From: Cyanidioschyzon merolae
Taxonomy: Eukaryota
DNA length: 64,000 nucleotides
Assembly (NCBI GenBank): GCA_000091205.1
Contig: AP006493.2
Reading direction: 5' to 3' (one strand)
The translations under genes and the position numbers were made by a program. The notes under the pieces are model-generated. The model worked only from the letters and a program-made list of their open reading frames with translations, did not search any database and was not told the origin of the DNA. Within the stretch, counting starts at the first letter, position 1. Each line of letters starts with the position of its first letter. Below are positions 42,895 through 54,020 of the stretch, piece after piece.

Positions 42895-45051
42895 ATGTCC
42901 GTGTCGAGGGACGTCTGTGAGCCGGCTCCGCCTCGGACGGGCGTTAGTGAAAGCTCGCTTTGGGACTGCGCACTTTACCTTTACAAGCGCGAGAATGTTC
43001 TTCTTGTGCTCACTGCCAACGACCGACGGCCCGGCGCACTTGGTCTTGAGCGTCGACAACGTTCGCAGGGCGCCGGGGCGCCAGCTGCGGACACTGGTGG
43101 TCACGCCGAGTCCTCTACAGCCTCCGTCTGGGTGTTTTGGGCACCCTATGAACCCAGCACAAAGCATAGAGAGCTTTGTCAAACGGACACTGCTCGCGTG
43201 AGCCCGGAGGACAAGGCGACGTTCAGCCGCCGCCATGGAGCGTCGCAGCCACTCGACAGAGGCGACCCGCATGCGTTCAGTGTATGCGTCGGGGACTTGC
43301 TCGCGCTGCGACGGCACCTACCCGCAATTGGCAGCCCTAGAGTATGCTTTACCAAGAAAGGCGGCGAAATGTTGCCCGAACTAGCTTTCCAAGAGGGAGG
43401 ACTTCGCGACTTTCTCAGCGCACTTCGGAGGCATATTGAACTCGAGCCGGACTCCACGGATCCGGACCTATTCTATGTACGGGCTGCAATCGCCGATGAC
43501 TGTCCACGCTCGAGGAAAGCATCGAATGTGCAGATTTCCAACAAAGGGTTTCGGGTGCAGCCCCGTACCAATCGACGGTTTTCGGCATCACCGGCTGCGA
43601 TCGCGATGCTCGTCCAGGAGCAGCCTTCACACATCCAGAGCGGCCCGGTGGTCATCCCGCAGGCGCCATCAGCGAACCCACGACTTTGCGAGCAGCAGCA
43701 CCGGCATGCCTCGGAGGCCTCGAGCCCCTCCGCAGTCTCCGGCAGTTCCAGAGAAGACTCCATATTCGGTACCACACTGGCTGCCGAAGAAGAGCTCACG
43801 TTTCATTTGCTGGAGCGATTCGCGCAGATCACACGCCTCGCACGAACAGCGACCAGCTCGCTCAGCGCAGCGTACCGTCAACGAAGGACACGCGGTCGGC
43901 GCACGGCATCGTCTACGGTCACCGACGACGCCAACCCTAACGCCGCTTCGAAAGATAATGAATACCCAGCGGTCAGCGAGGACGCGACCTCGGATGAGCC
44001 GCTCGCCTCCGTCACCGTTCAGTATGAAAATGGGGAAATCATACCCCCGCTGCGAACCCTGGATCGGGACTTTGCCCGGTATCGACCGCTGCGGGCGGCA
44101 GCGGGTGTGTCTCGGGAGGCGTTCCAGCGCGGACGTCGCCTCGATCCGCTTGCGATGCGACGTGCGATTTTCGCTGGCGGCCTCGAGGAGGATGCACGTG
44201 CCGATGCATGGCCTTATCTTTTGGGTGTTTTCGACTGGACAATATCACCAGAGGAAGAGCAGGAGCAGAGGTCTCGTCTCGAGAAAGAGTACGTGGTACT
44301 TCGCGAGCAGTGGCGCAGTATCAGCGAGAAGCAGGAGCGACGTTTCACGAAATACCGGGATCGTCGTGCCCAAATCGAAAAAGATGTTGTGCGCACAGAT
44401 CGTAACGTTGATCTCTTCCGCAACGACGACAGCGTAGCCCTATCCCAGCTCTTCAACATTTTGCTCACGCATGCGTTTTTTAACTTTGATTTGGGCTACT
44501 GTCAGGGGATGAGCGACCTCGCCGCTCCCATTGTATATGTGCTTGGCGCGAAGGATGAGGCCTTAGCGTTCTGGTGCTTTGCAGCGCTGATGGATGTGCT
44601 CGAACGCAATTTCCGCAAAGATCAATCGGGCATGAATGAGGAGCTCGCACGTTTGGCGATCATCACGAAACACATTGATGGTGGACTGTACGAGTATTTG
44701 AAACAACAGCAAGCAGACAATTTCTATTTTTGTTATCGCTGGCTTCTCGTTCGTTTTAAGCGCGAGTTCCCCTTTGAACAAGTGTTGTATCTCTGGGATG
44801 TCATGTGGGCTGCGCCTGGTTCTGTTGGTGGCGGTCTGTTCCACCTCTATGTTGCTGCGGCGCTTTTGGAGCTCCACCGCGACGTCATCCTCCAGTACCG
44901 ATTATCTGCTGACGAGCTTTTTTCGTATGCGAGCCGCATGGCCATGCGGAATGATGCAGAGCTAGTCATCGCCAAGGCGGAAACTCTTTTCAAAGAGTTC
45001 GGGCTACCAGCGGAGATTGAACTCCAGCTTACCCAGAAGCGCCTGATTTAG
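42895..45051 (+). CDS. TBC-domain Rab GTPase-activating protein (Gyp7/TBC1D15-like)
   Basis: IEKDVVRTDRNVDLF (arginine finger IxxDxxR) and YCQGMSDL (glutamine finger YxQ) with surrounding TBC helices. 718 aa with an N-terminal extension. Confidence 0.85.
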   Translation: MSVSRDVCEPAPPRTGVSESSLWDCALYLYKRENVLLVLTANDRRPGALGLERRQRSQGAGAPAADTGGHAESSTASVWVFWAPYEPSTKHRELCQTDTARVSPEDKATFSRRHGASQPLDRGDPHAFSVCVGDLLALRRHLPAIGSPRVCFTKKGGEMLPELAFQEGGLRDFLSALRRHIELEPDSTDPDLFYVRAAIADDCPRSRKASNVQISNKGFRVQPRTNRRFSASPAAIAMLVQEQPSHIQSGPVVIPQAPSANPRLCEQQHRHASEASSPSAVSGSSREDSIFGTTLAAEEELTFHLLERFAQITRLARTATSSLSAAYRQRRTRGRRTASSTVTDDANPNAASKDNEYPAVSEDATSDEPLASVTVQYENGEIIPPLRTLDRDFARYRPLRAAAGVSREAFQRGRRLDPLAMRRAIFAGGLEEDARADAWPYLLGVFDWTISPEEEQEQRSRLEKEYVVLREQWRSISEKQERRFTKYRDRRAQIEKDVVRTDRNVDLFRNDDSVALSQLFNILLTHAFFNFDLGYCQGMSDLAAPIVYVLGAKDEALAFWCFAALMDVLERNFRKDQSGMNEELARLAIITKHIDGGLYEYLKQQQADNFYFCYRWLLVRFKREFPFEQVLYLWDVMWAAPGSVGGGLFHLYVAAALLELHRDVILQYRLSADELFSYASRMAMRNDAELVIAKAETLFKEFGLPAEIELQLTQKRLI

Positions 45052-46435
45052 GGTCCATCGTCTGTGGCCGTTGCCGTCGCCAAATGAGCGCCACTGCGAA
45101 CGCTGACCACAAAAAGGCGTATGACATAATCGTACGGTGAAACCATACGAGTCCGAAGCGGCTCATGAAGATGCCCACGATCCATGGGAGAAGCGCTTCA
45201 CCAAGCGTCGATCCAATTGTGCCCCAGGTTGCAACTTCGGAAGCGCAGCGTTCGCGGTCTCCAAAAATCTCAACTGCAATGCTCATCTGCGCTGCATAGG
45301 CTGGTCCCATTGCGAGTCCAAGACATGCAGCTAGGACACGAAGCGAGCGAAGCCGCCACAGCGTGCACAGCCAAGCAATCAGCGACTCGATCACACAGCA
45401 CGTTAGAATGGTCGTGGCGCTGAACCAGACCGACACGACGATCGCCAGTAGCCGGCTGCACATGATTGCCGCCCAGAACAGCGCCGACACCATGTCCGCC
45501 TGAGCGAGCTCCTTGCTTGCACCGTCTGCCTCGTGGGCATAAACAGCGAGCCATGCGCCGAGGGAAACCTCGTAGCCAGCGTAACTCGCGAATACGACGA
45601 CCACGAGCGTGATGCGCGCCATGCGAACCAGGCGTTGACGGGTGGTGCTGATGACGGCCTTGGCTTCGCTCGCGACGACCGGGCCTAGTTGGGTCTTGTC
45701 GTCGACAGCCCGGTTGCCTGTTGGACAGCTGGATATGTTTCTCTCTGCATATCTACGCAGCATCGCAGTGTACATAAACAAGAGCACCAAGGAGAACACC
45801 ACGAAAACGGCATAAGTAGCAAAGCCGAGGTACAACCCATACGCGGACGTGCGGAGCCAAAACGCCAAGATGAGCGGTGCGAGATAAGCACCCACGCTGA
45901 AGCACGCGTGCAGACACTGCATCCAAGACGTTGCCACGCTGCCCGATGCGGCGATGATACTATTCCCGCTAACATCCAGCGACCCGGCGCCGAGACGAGT
46001 GATGAAGAGCAGACCCCCAAGCTGCCAGCGCTTTCGACAGAACGGAAGCATCGCTTGTGACACACCTGACACAACCAAGGACACGGTTAAAAGCAAGCTT
46101 TCTAGAAGCATCGCTTCAAAACTCCGATCAAGCGTGCCGTTTAAACCGGCCCCGATGAAGTACGCGATGCCACCCAGCGAGAACAACCACCCGTCTTTCG
46201 TGACGCCGCCTCGCTCCGACACGAGCTCGTGCAGCGCAGGCAAACTCGGCCCGAGGAAGGCCACGGAAACCCCCAAACACACAAAAGCACTGCATGTCGC
46301 TACATATAACAGATGCTGGATATGATTAGCTGCAGGCATGGAGGTGCACTGCGGTATGCCTCGCGGGCATGTCGCATGCGTCGAGCGCTTGCGATAAGCC
46401 GCACCGCCGCTCTCTGGTATCGCTCCTGAGTTCAT
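45029..46435 (-). CDS. Major facilitator superfamily transporter (~12 TM)
   Basis: 468 aa of alternating hydrophobic helices with a central loop. Substrate not assignable. Confidence 0.6.
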   Translation of the reverse strand: MNSGAIPESGGAAYRKRSTHATCPRGIPQCTSMPAANHIQHLLYVATCSAFVCLGVSVAFLGPSLPALHELVSERGGVTKDGWLFSLGGIAYFIGAGLNGTLDRSFEAMLLESLLLTVSLVVSGVSQAMLPFCRKRWQLGGLLFITRLGAGSLDVSGNSIIAASGSVATSWMQCLHACFSVGAYLAPLILAFWLRTSAYGLYLGFATYAVFVVFSLVLLFMYTAMLRRYAERNISSCPTGNRAVDDKTQLGPVVASEAKAVISTTRQRLVRMARITLVVVVFASYAGYEVSLGAWLAVYAHEADGASKELAQADMVSALFWAAIMCSRLLAIVVSVWFSATTILTCCVIESLIAWLCTLWRLRSLRVLAACLGLAMGPAYAAQMSIAVEIFGDRERCASEVATWGTIGSTLGEALLPWIVGIFMSRFGLVWFHRTIMSYAFLWSAFAVALIWRRQRPQTMDPKSGASG

Positions 46436-46691
46436 TCAATCCATTGTCATGTTGTTTGAACAGTGCTGTTTCTTATCAGCTCATCTAATTATATACATCT
46501 ATATACTGACTTGTTTCATTTCAGATCATTCAAGTCCAAAATCATCCGAGCGCATGCCATCCGATGCGTCCGTCTGGCAGTAGGCGGCATCGCGTGGCGG
46601 AGGCAGCGCGTTTCCTCAGCGCTTCGTCACACGGGTATCTGCGCAGTCCGAGTTTCCCTAGTGCTTTCGCAGCGAAGCGCACTGGAACGAA

Positions 46692-47045
46692 ATGGGTCGG
46701 CTCGCAGACCTGGTGTTGAGTGTGCCTGGTACTCGACCACTTGTAACCGCGCTGGCTCGTTGGTACCGTCGCGAGGTCGAGCAGGAGCTGCGCAAGTTCG
46801 GCCTGCGCTACGATGACCTGCTTCTTGAGACGGATCCTGAGGTGAGCGCCGCGCTTGAGCAGTTACCGCCCGCCGAACAGGAACTGCGCTGGAAACGCAT
46901 CAAACGAGCCCTTGACCTATCGATGAAGAAAACGTACTTGGCAGAGAATATTGCGCAACAGGAAGACGTGTGGAACCCTTACTTGCGTGAGCGCGTCTCC
47001 CTGATAAAGCAGAAGAGGCAGGAGCTGATTGAGTCCGGTGAATAA
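46692..47045 (+). CDS. QCR7: Cytochrome bc1 complex subunit 7 (QCR7, 14 kDa subunit)
   Basis: 117 aa. WYR...GLRYDDLL...EALxRLP...E...R..R.KRA.DLS.K...LP...Q....Y..P pattern typical of QCR7. Confidence 0.75.
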   Translation: MGRLADLVLSVPGTRPLVTALARWYRREVEQELRKFGLRYDDLLLETDPEVSAALEQLPPAEQELRWKRIKRALDLSMKKTYLAENIAQQEDVWNPYLRERVSLIKQKRQELIESGE

Positions 47046-49111
47046 TAGCGCGGGGACACGGGTCTCCCTATTCAGACAAGGTGGGATACCACGCCATTTC
47101 AAACGCATCGGGTGCGTGTTGGGCTCTCCTGTTGGCCAGAGCAGTGCACGGTTGTGACGTGCGATTCTCTTCCAGCGGATAACGGCTAGGTGATGCGACG
47201 TGCTCTGATAGCGCCGCCCTGTATCCTCGTGGAGTGCTGCCTCGGGTAGCAACCGTTGAATCACGACCGGGTCGGGCCAGTGCCCGTTCCGTGTATCCGC
47301 TGGACGGTGCCCGGCGGTGTTCATGCAGGCTCGAACGTATCTCAGTGAAAGTGGTCGTATGGCTGGCGCCCTGCCCGCCGAGACCCGTTCCTAAGCACTG
47401 CGGAGCTGAGACGCGACTGGTAACGATGCATCCTGGATATACTCAAGCTGCTGGGCTGCGTTCCACGTTCTTAAGCAGTACTGGTTCGGCTTCGGCGAAA
47501 GCAGTGACTTTGAGTACAGCGAATAGCGTTAGATGCGCAAAATCGGGAACTTTCATTTGGAACGGACAGAAGCACACGAACTGTCAACACATGGATTCTC
47601 TCCGTGCGATATATGCTCTGTTCGAAAATCGCCTTTGATTAGAGATCCCGTCTGCTCGAATGCCGCGCTACGCTGTAATGCCTCGACGGGGTTCGGCTTC
47701 ACTCGGGCTCGCTGGGAGGTTGCATCCAAACTCTTGCGGAGCCGTTCCGTGGCAGTCATCAGCCGCTGCGATGCACAAAGCGATCAGTGTCTTCCTCAGC
47801 ACGCTGATGTAGAAACATGTAATCTTTTCTACGCACAGAAACGAGCTTGAATGAATCTGTTTCCTAAAATATATGCAACAACGGGCAACGTTGGCATTCG
47901 TAGCATGCTCGCCATTCCTAAAGTGTTCGTTTCGTACGGAAGCGCTCTAAAATGTCTGGCCGTGCATGTGTACAGCAGCATGCATATCGCTCACTGCTGG
48001 CTATCGCATTCGAATGGATCCGCCAGGCCAAACCACCGGGTCACGGTGAACACCGCAGAAAAGCGGCTCTACGGAGCATTCAGACGCGAATACCTGCTGA
48101 GCGCATCCACTTGTCAGGCGTTTGCGCGCAAACTTGATACCAGATCTGGAACTCGGAATTCGATTCGAACGCTTAACTGGCTCCGGATGCGCGCAGGCTG
48201 GTGCGAGGCAGTGTCCGACCGAAGAGTTGCGCAGTGAAAAGGACGACGACGCAGGTAGCGCGTGAGAAAACATGCGGTGCGGGAACAGATGAGCGATCCA
48301 GGCACCGCGGAAGGACGATCGTTGATAGCGCCCCTGTCGAGCCGGTTTCCCATTCATGCGTTTGCATCGATGATCTCCAGCGAGACGGAGCACGAGCTAG
48401 TATGAGTTTTGCTCAATCGGGGTGCCGTTGTACCAATGTACGAAACGGAAAATTGCCTACAAATACGCAAAACCATCTAGAGGAGCCCAGTGGACGTGTT
48501 CGGAGGGATTCATATACCCCCGGTGCTGAGACCTCGACACTAGACTGCAACGACCGCAACGACGGTCAGCTGCTTGAGTGCACCCGTCAGCAATTAGCTT
48601 AATTAGCCCGAGACCATCTGGGCATCAGAACTTCGTCCAGCAGGCCGCACCGTCTATCGTAATACGAAAACATGCAACGGACCGGAGCGTACGCACTTTT
48701 CTTAGGCAAATCGAGGCTCATTCAGCGCAAATACCCTTCACCTATTGCTGACAGCGCGTTGTCCGTGTCTTCGCTTCAAGCTTAGAGAAGCCGGCAGTCC
48801 ACTATTGTTGCTGCATGGATGAGCATTACTAGAGTCCTCTGTCTATGCAGAAAACGGCACATGGCATGGCCTGGGAACCTGCATCTCCCACAGATGATTC
48901 AGCATTTCACCCGCTCGATTCTCGAATACCTTCAACGACATAGCGACATACTCGGATTCGCTGCCCCGCGTGTGCCGAGCCCACTTGCAGGAGCTCGCTT
49001 CAACGCTGGACGCGTCACCTCAGGTGACGTACAGAAACGCGATAGCGCCATCGTCGCACCCGTAGTGAGTAGTAGCAGCAGCAGCAGCAGCAACTCAGAG
49101 CGCCACCTGTG

Positions 49112-49335
49112 ATATCTGTCTGATCTGCGATCATTGAACCGCACCACAAATCCGCAATTGCGCGTGTACCACCAGCAACGCAGACCGCCACATGCGTTTC
49201 TTTGATAGATCGGATCATTGAATTGTAGCAGGTACCCGCAAGTGCGCGTGTACACCAGCAACGCAGACCGCCACATGCGTTTCTTTGATAGATCGGATCA
49301 TTGAATTGTAGCAGGTACCCGCAAGTGCGCAAGTG
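49112..49335. repeat. ~83-bp tandem repeat, ~2.6 copies
   Basis: Unit 'cagcaacgcagaccgccacatgcgtttctttgatagatcggatcattgaattgtagcaggtacccgcaagtgcgcgtgtacac' at 49166 and 49249, with a partial copy upstream. Confidence 0.85.
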
Positions 49336-49619
49336 ATTTGCCAGCTGGGTATGCTGCCTGCGATGCCCTGCTCCGTCGCCCTTACGCTGAGCGCTACGCC
49401 TTGACTCCACCAATAAAGTAGGCCCCTGAACGACCTCTGCGTTACTCTGTGGATCGCAAGCAATAACAGGTACATCCGTGTAGAAGTATCGGTAATGGAA
49501 TTCGAAAGCAGCATGAAGAAAAATGGACGATTCCCCGAATACCCATATTCATCCCGCAGTCTTCGGCCCATAGTCCCTGGAAACGCTCTATCGAACAAGA
49601 AACAAAAATCAAGGGCCTC

Positions 49620-51809
49620 TTGGTGCATCCCAATATAGGACATATAGGTACATACTGCCCAAGGATGGATGCACCTCCCGCAGCGCATTTGACGCGCGAT
49701 GCGCGTGGCGATTTGAATCAGCGGCTGGCAATCCGCGCGGGTCATCCGGCAAGCTACGCGCGCTGCTCCAGCGGTGCACAACGCAGGCGACGGCACCGAC
49801 AGACGGTTCGCCACCTCGGCTTCGGATTGTCGGGAATGAGCGGCATCCGTGGTACAGCCGAGCGACGAGTGGAGAAGCGGAACCTCCGGAAACAGGGCTC
49901 TTTCAGCTATCATGCTTTGCAAAATCGTCGAGCGAGCGAGCTCGGTTTCTGGTTACCTAGCAGTGCAGCAAAGACGCTATTCGGCTCTCCGCTGTCTCGG
50001 CGATGCTCTCTGGACACGCATCAGGCACCTGTACGATATAACGACCGCTTCAGGAATGATGCGTGGCAACCAGAACTTATCCAAGCACGCGGGGCAGGCG
50101 GAGCGGGGCTACCCACTTGCTCTGAGGCGCAGCGTGCTGCAACGCGTGAGCTGCAGCCTTCGGACACAGGTCGGTCAGGTGGCGACGCTGGTGCGAGTTC
50201 AGCCAAAGCGGGCGACAAGCACCGAACGATAGATGAAAAAGAGTCCAAAAAGCTGTCCAGAAAGGCAGCCGATGACGCACTCGCGGCGCGCAACGTCTCC
50301 GATGCAGCCTACGCCCGTATTTGTGTTGCGGAGCTTCGCAGTGCACTGGATGCGATCCAGAAACGCTGCTTTTTCGCGCGGAAACCAGAGAGCGCACTCG
50401 GAACAGGAGCAACTGAGTTCTGTGCTCGCCTCGCAGCGCGGATTGGAATATGCGTCAGCCAGCCAGACTGTCGATGCCTTGATGTTGGTGCTGTGAGTGC
50501 GGAAAGACCTGCCCAGCACGAGCACCATTCGTCGCGAAACGAAAACGGTGGACGAACAGAATGCGAGAACTGGGCGCTTCTGGTGCGGCGCTTTCACAGA
50601 CTCATCCGCGAGTGGCTCGCAAGGCGAGTCGAAACGGCGCCACTGTCTGCGCACACCGAAGACGGCGCCTGTGGACCAACTGACTCCATGCATCCAAGCC
50701 GTGGCTTGATGCGGTTCCAGAGCGACGCCCTTACAGATGCATCGGATCCAGACAATGGTGATGAGCAGGAAAACGCCACGACGCCTGGCTTGCATCCGAT
50801 TTTCCATGCCTCATCGCTGTCCAGTAAAGCGGCATTGTCGCAGCGATCGATGCCTGCGGAGCCCGAGATCATTCGGCACACTCTCGCCGTCGAAGCGGAT
50901 ATCCAAGATCGTCGAAAGAGAATACTCCAGGACGTATACCGCGAGCGTGAAAGGTCCGCTGCTTTCCCGAACGATGTGTTGCCCGCATCCAGATCATCTT
51001 TACGTAAGGGTTCGCAGCAGGGTGCATACGCAACTGCCGAGCATGAGGATGAGCTGATCCACGCTCTGGAGTTTCTGAGATCGTCCATTAGCGAGAGGGA
51101 AGCTGAGCTCGAGATGCTCACCAACGAGCAGAGTCAGCTGGAGGCGATGCTCCAGGAGCTCCTCGCCAGCTGCGCCCCTGTTACGGCGGCAAGAGTGCGA
51201 GCCAACATCGATTCCAACGGAGTTTCGAATTCAACAAGCGAGTCGCGACCTCGTCGCCCAGTGTCCAGCCCACAGACGAGCGTGCTGGACCCTGCTGACA
51301 CGATCGAATCCAACGATCGACGACGAGCGACGTGCTCCGCGGCTGCCGAACTGGAGCGCCAGGCTTGCGTACCGACGAGCAACACGCGCCAGGACGACAG
51401 CGACTGCCCTGAATCCGCTGATCGTAACAGATTGCATCCACGATGTTTCAGCGAGCCCGGCCCTGAAGAGCTCGTGTCGCAACATTTGGAACGCGAAAAG
51501 GCAGAACAGCGAGCTGCAATGATGTTGCAACTTCTATTCGCTTCATCGACCTCGCCGAGTAAGACCGTTCATCGTCGACGACATGTTGAAATGGTGGCGA
51601 TCGAACTCGTTACTTCAATGCTCGCATTGAAGCCCTCTGGAGCGATCCAGCTCTCGGGCGATGACGACGAAATGATAGCCATTGAGTTCCTCGAGATGCA
51701 CGGTCTCGTTCGTTCTCAGCGTTCGAATCGATGCCTCGCTTCGCCTACGGCAACTCCAGACGGCACCGCGAAAGAGTATTTCTTTACCGAACCTGCGAGC
51801 AACGCGTAA
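49620..51809 (+). CDS. Hypothetical low-complexity/coiled-coil protein (start uncertain, likely downstream of 49620)
   Basis: 729-codon open frame in GC-rich DNA. Ser/Ala/Arg-rich with a predicted coiled-coil segment (…EAELEMLTNEQSQLEAMLQELL…). No recognisable domain. Confidence 0.3.
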   Translation: MVHPNIGHIGTYCPRMDAPPAAHLTRDARGDLNQRLAIRAGHPASYARCSSGAQRRRRHRQTVRHLGFGLSGMSGIRGTAERRVEKRNLRKQGSFSYHALQNRRASELGFWLPSSAAKTLFGSPLSRRCSLDTHQAPVRYNDRFRNDAWQPELIQARGAGGAGLPTCSEAQRAATRELQPSDTGRSGGDAGASSAKAGDKHRTIDEKESKKLSRKAADDALAARNVSDAAYARICVAELRSALDAIQKRCFFARKPESALGTGATEFCARLAARIGICVSQPDCRCLDVGAVSAERPAQHEHHSSRNENGGRTECENWALLVRRFHRLIREWLARRVETAPLSAHTEDGACGPTDSMHPSRGLMRFQSDALTDASDPDNGDEQENATTPGLHPIFHASSLSSKAALSQRSMPAEPEIIRHTLAVEADIQDRRKRILQDVYRERERSAAFPNDVLPASRSSLRKGSQQGAYATAEHEDELIHALEFLRSSISEREAELEMLTNEQSQLEAMLQELLASCAPVTAARVRANIDSNGVSNSTSESRPRRPVSSPQTSVLDPADTIESNDRRRATCSAAAELERQACVPTSNTRQDDSDCPESADRNRLHPRCFSEPGPEELVSQHLEREKAEQRAAMMLQLLFASSTSPSKTVHRRRHVEMVAIELVTSMLALKPSGAIQLSGDDDEMIAIEFLEMHGLVRSQRSNRCLASPTATPDGTAKEYFFTEPASNA

Positions 51810-51907
51810 GCGCTGGACACATACCCGACTCGTACTTGCATAGAGATCTGTCATGACCAATCGGTTATGTATGCATCCCGCTGACATGGTTCGCTACATA
51901 CAGGAAC

Positions 51908-52525
51908 TTAGTGCCTATTCGTTTCTGAGCTTGCCGAGCTTGACACAGTCGCAGCGTCCAGCACGTGCTGAACTTTATCAGCAAATGCTCGTTCCTCCAG
52001 AGCCCGCAGAACCAGATCCGCGCCACCGTCCTCCGCAGTGCCGGACTCGGTGGTCTTTTGTGCTGCTGGCAACCGCCTCCGCGGCCGATAGCTCTGCACC
52101 ATAGCCGTCGGCAGCCGCACCTGGGCCATGGGCGTTGCCGCATTCCACTCCCGCCGCAGCAAGATGCGGAGCTGACGCAGCTCCGCCGCGCTCTCCTGCA
52201 GCTCTCTGTGTAGCTGAAACGCGTTCACATGCTTCTCTGGCGAAGCGCCTTGCCTGCTAGCTTTTGCACTGACGCCGCCCTCCTCTTCCTCGACAAGACG
52301 TGCGAGCTGCGTGGCGCCCTGTCGAAGCTCCCTCACCAGCGCCACTGTTCTACCGCAGAGACGCCCAACAAAGTGCGCAGCCCTCGGGAGGTCCTGCGGT
52401 TTTAGTACCAAGCCGATTCCCAGCGCGAGCACGAAAAGCTGCGTGAACCCACCGTCGTTATACATCAAGCGCGCGACTCCTGGCTCGGTGCCGTACGCTG
52501 CGCTAGAAGCGCATCCGCTTGACAA
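51908..52525 (-). CDS. TatB/Hcf106 (MttA)-family protein, probably a mitochondrial TatB-like twin-arginine translocase subunit. Likely start at the internal Met (MYNDGGFTQLFV…)
   Basis: GFTQLFVLALGIGLVLKPQDLPRAAHFVGRLCGRTVALVRELRQ matches the TatA/B signature (short TM helix with G, then GPxxLP, then amphipathic helix …GRxxGR…). An acidic low-complexity tail follows. Confidence 0.5.
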   Translation of the reverse strand: MSSGCASSAAYGTEPGVARLMYNDGGFTQLFVLALGIGLVLKPQDLPRAAHFVGRLCGRTVALVRELRQGATQLARLVEEEEGGVSAKASRQGASPEKHVNAFQLHRELQESAAELRQLRILLRREWNAATPMAQVRLPTAMVQSYRPRRRLPAAQKTTESGTAEDGGADLVLRALEERAFADKVQHVLDAATVSSSASSETNRH

Positions 52526-52680
52526 GCCAACGAGGTGGTGTGGTTTCGAAGTTGAGAGTGCGCGGTCACAGCACTGTCACCGAACTTTGAAAGCCAGATC
52601 GCTGAAGCAGTGCATCCGCATACCCGCAGATAACCGTCTACGGCACCGTGCAGTGCCTTGTGCAGCTCTCTCGAACGCCT

Positions 52681-52704
52681 CGAGCGCAGCAGCAGCAGCA
52701 GCAG
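52681..52704. repeat. (CAG)n trinucleotide run; similar runs at 14737-14760, 49076-49098 and 62757-62840, and (GCC)n at 57056-57074
   Basis: Direct reading of cagcagcagcag... tracts. Confidence 0.8.
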
Positions 52705-53224
52705 CAGCAGCTCAGTTGATAAAAGCAGAGCGATTTATCGATGCAAACGTTGCTGCGGAGGCTGCGGGTGTGCCGCGGTACCTGCCGAGGTCTCGCTGGC
52801 CGTGCTCACACACGAGCAGATCCCTCCAGCGTCCGCTTGGAACGACGAAAGCTTTCCACCAAACTGGGCATACCCGAGTGCATGGCGGTTATCAATATCC
52901 GGGAAACTGTGCATCATGCGGCACCAGAGCGGCGCTTGTCACCGGCCATTACCCGCAGGTTCCTGCTGGATCGCTCGATACGGCATTCATGTCAGCATAA
53001 AATGGAACAAGCGCTCTAACTCGAGCCTGCACACGAAATCTTGGGACGCTCGTTCCACTGTGATCAACAACCGCCGTTGCATACATTTCTCCTGTTTCGT
53101 TTTTCGCTCTCTAATTTCCGGCTCTAGATCCATTGGTCACTCTTTATCGTCCGGCTCTGCTGCTGGCATTCAGTGGATGATGCTGGTATGGTGCTAGTTC
53201 AGATTTCGCGATAATCCGATGTTG

Positions 53225-54020
53225 GTCACGCGTTTCACGCACAGGGAGTAGTTGCAATCTACGATTCGTTTCCCATTTTGGACGTTCTTTGCATGCAGCT
53301 TCGGTGTGGCATGCCCAGCTGTGACATTTGACCGTGGAACGGTGCTCGGGCATTTGCATCCTATCTGCTTTTCGAAGCGCTGCAATGAAGCGCGTGAACG
53401 ATTGCTTCTTCGCTCGGTACATGCTCTTGACAAGCACAGAAGGTAGCCGTCGATGTGCGCTTCCGTTTCCGCGCCCAGTGCGGTTCCCTAGGATCAAAAA
53501 TTTCTCCAGGGGGAATGCCCGCAGCGAATTCCCTTTCTGCTGCATGCGTAAGCGCACGCTGATCCGTTCCATGGAGGAGGTTTGGAGCAGGTTATTTTCC
53601 AGGATGACACGAGTATCGGAAGGAAAATTCAGGGTGGCTAACAAATCGAGAAAATCGATTCCTTAGCACATTCTCCGTACAGATCGCTGGCGGGCGCTCC
53701 ACTGGAAGCGATGCCAGTGACGATCAGAGTCCATTACTCGCTTCCACGCGAACAGATGAGACGTGAGTCACTGGGAGCGTATCCCCTGTGTGGTATCATG
53801 CTGCTGTCGAATGCCGTTTCAACGATGTTTACAATGAGCGGAGGATTTGTATTTCGAACGGAATCGCTTATTAGACGTGACATGTTCAGCCAACATTCGA
53901 CATGAGCGTATGAACAAGGCGTCATGCGATGCTGTCGAAATATATATTTCCGCCATCAATCATGCAGTGCGACTAGCTTCGCCCAAGCGTTGCCTTGAAA
54001 CGAAAAAATCGGAAATATGA
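53225..54020 (+). pseudogene. Copy 3 of the ~0.8 kb repeat/gene family (premature stops)
   Basis: Shares 5' block 'tttgcatgcagcttcgg...gcgcgtgaacg...cgctcggtacatgctcttgac', middle 'gacacgagtatcggaaggaaaattcagg', and 3' 'gtcgaatgccgtttc...ttcgaacggaatcgcttatt...tgaacaaggcg...gttgccttgaaacgaaaaaatcgg' with copy 1. Confidence 0.45.
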
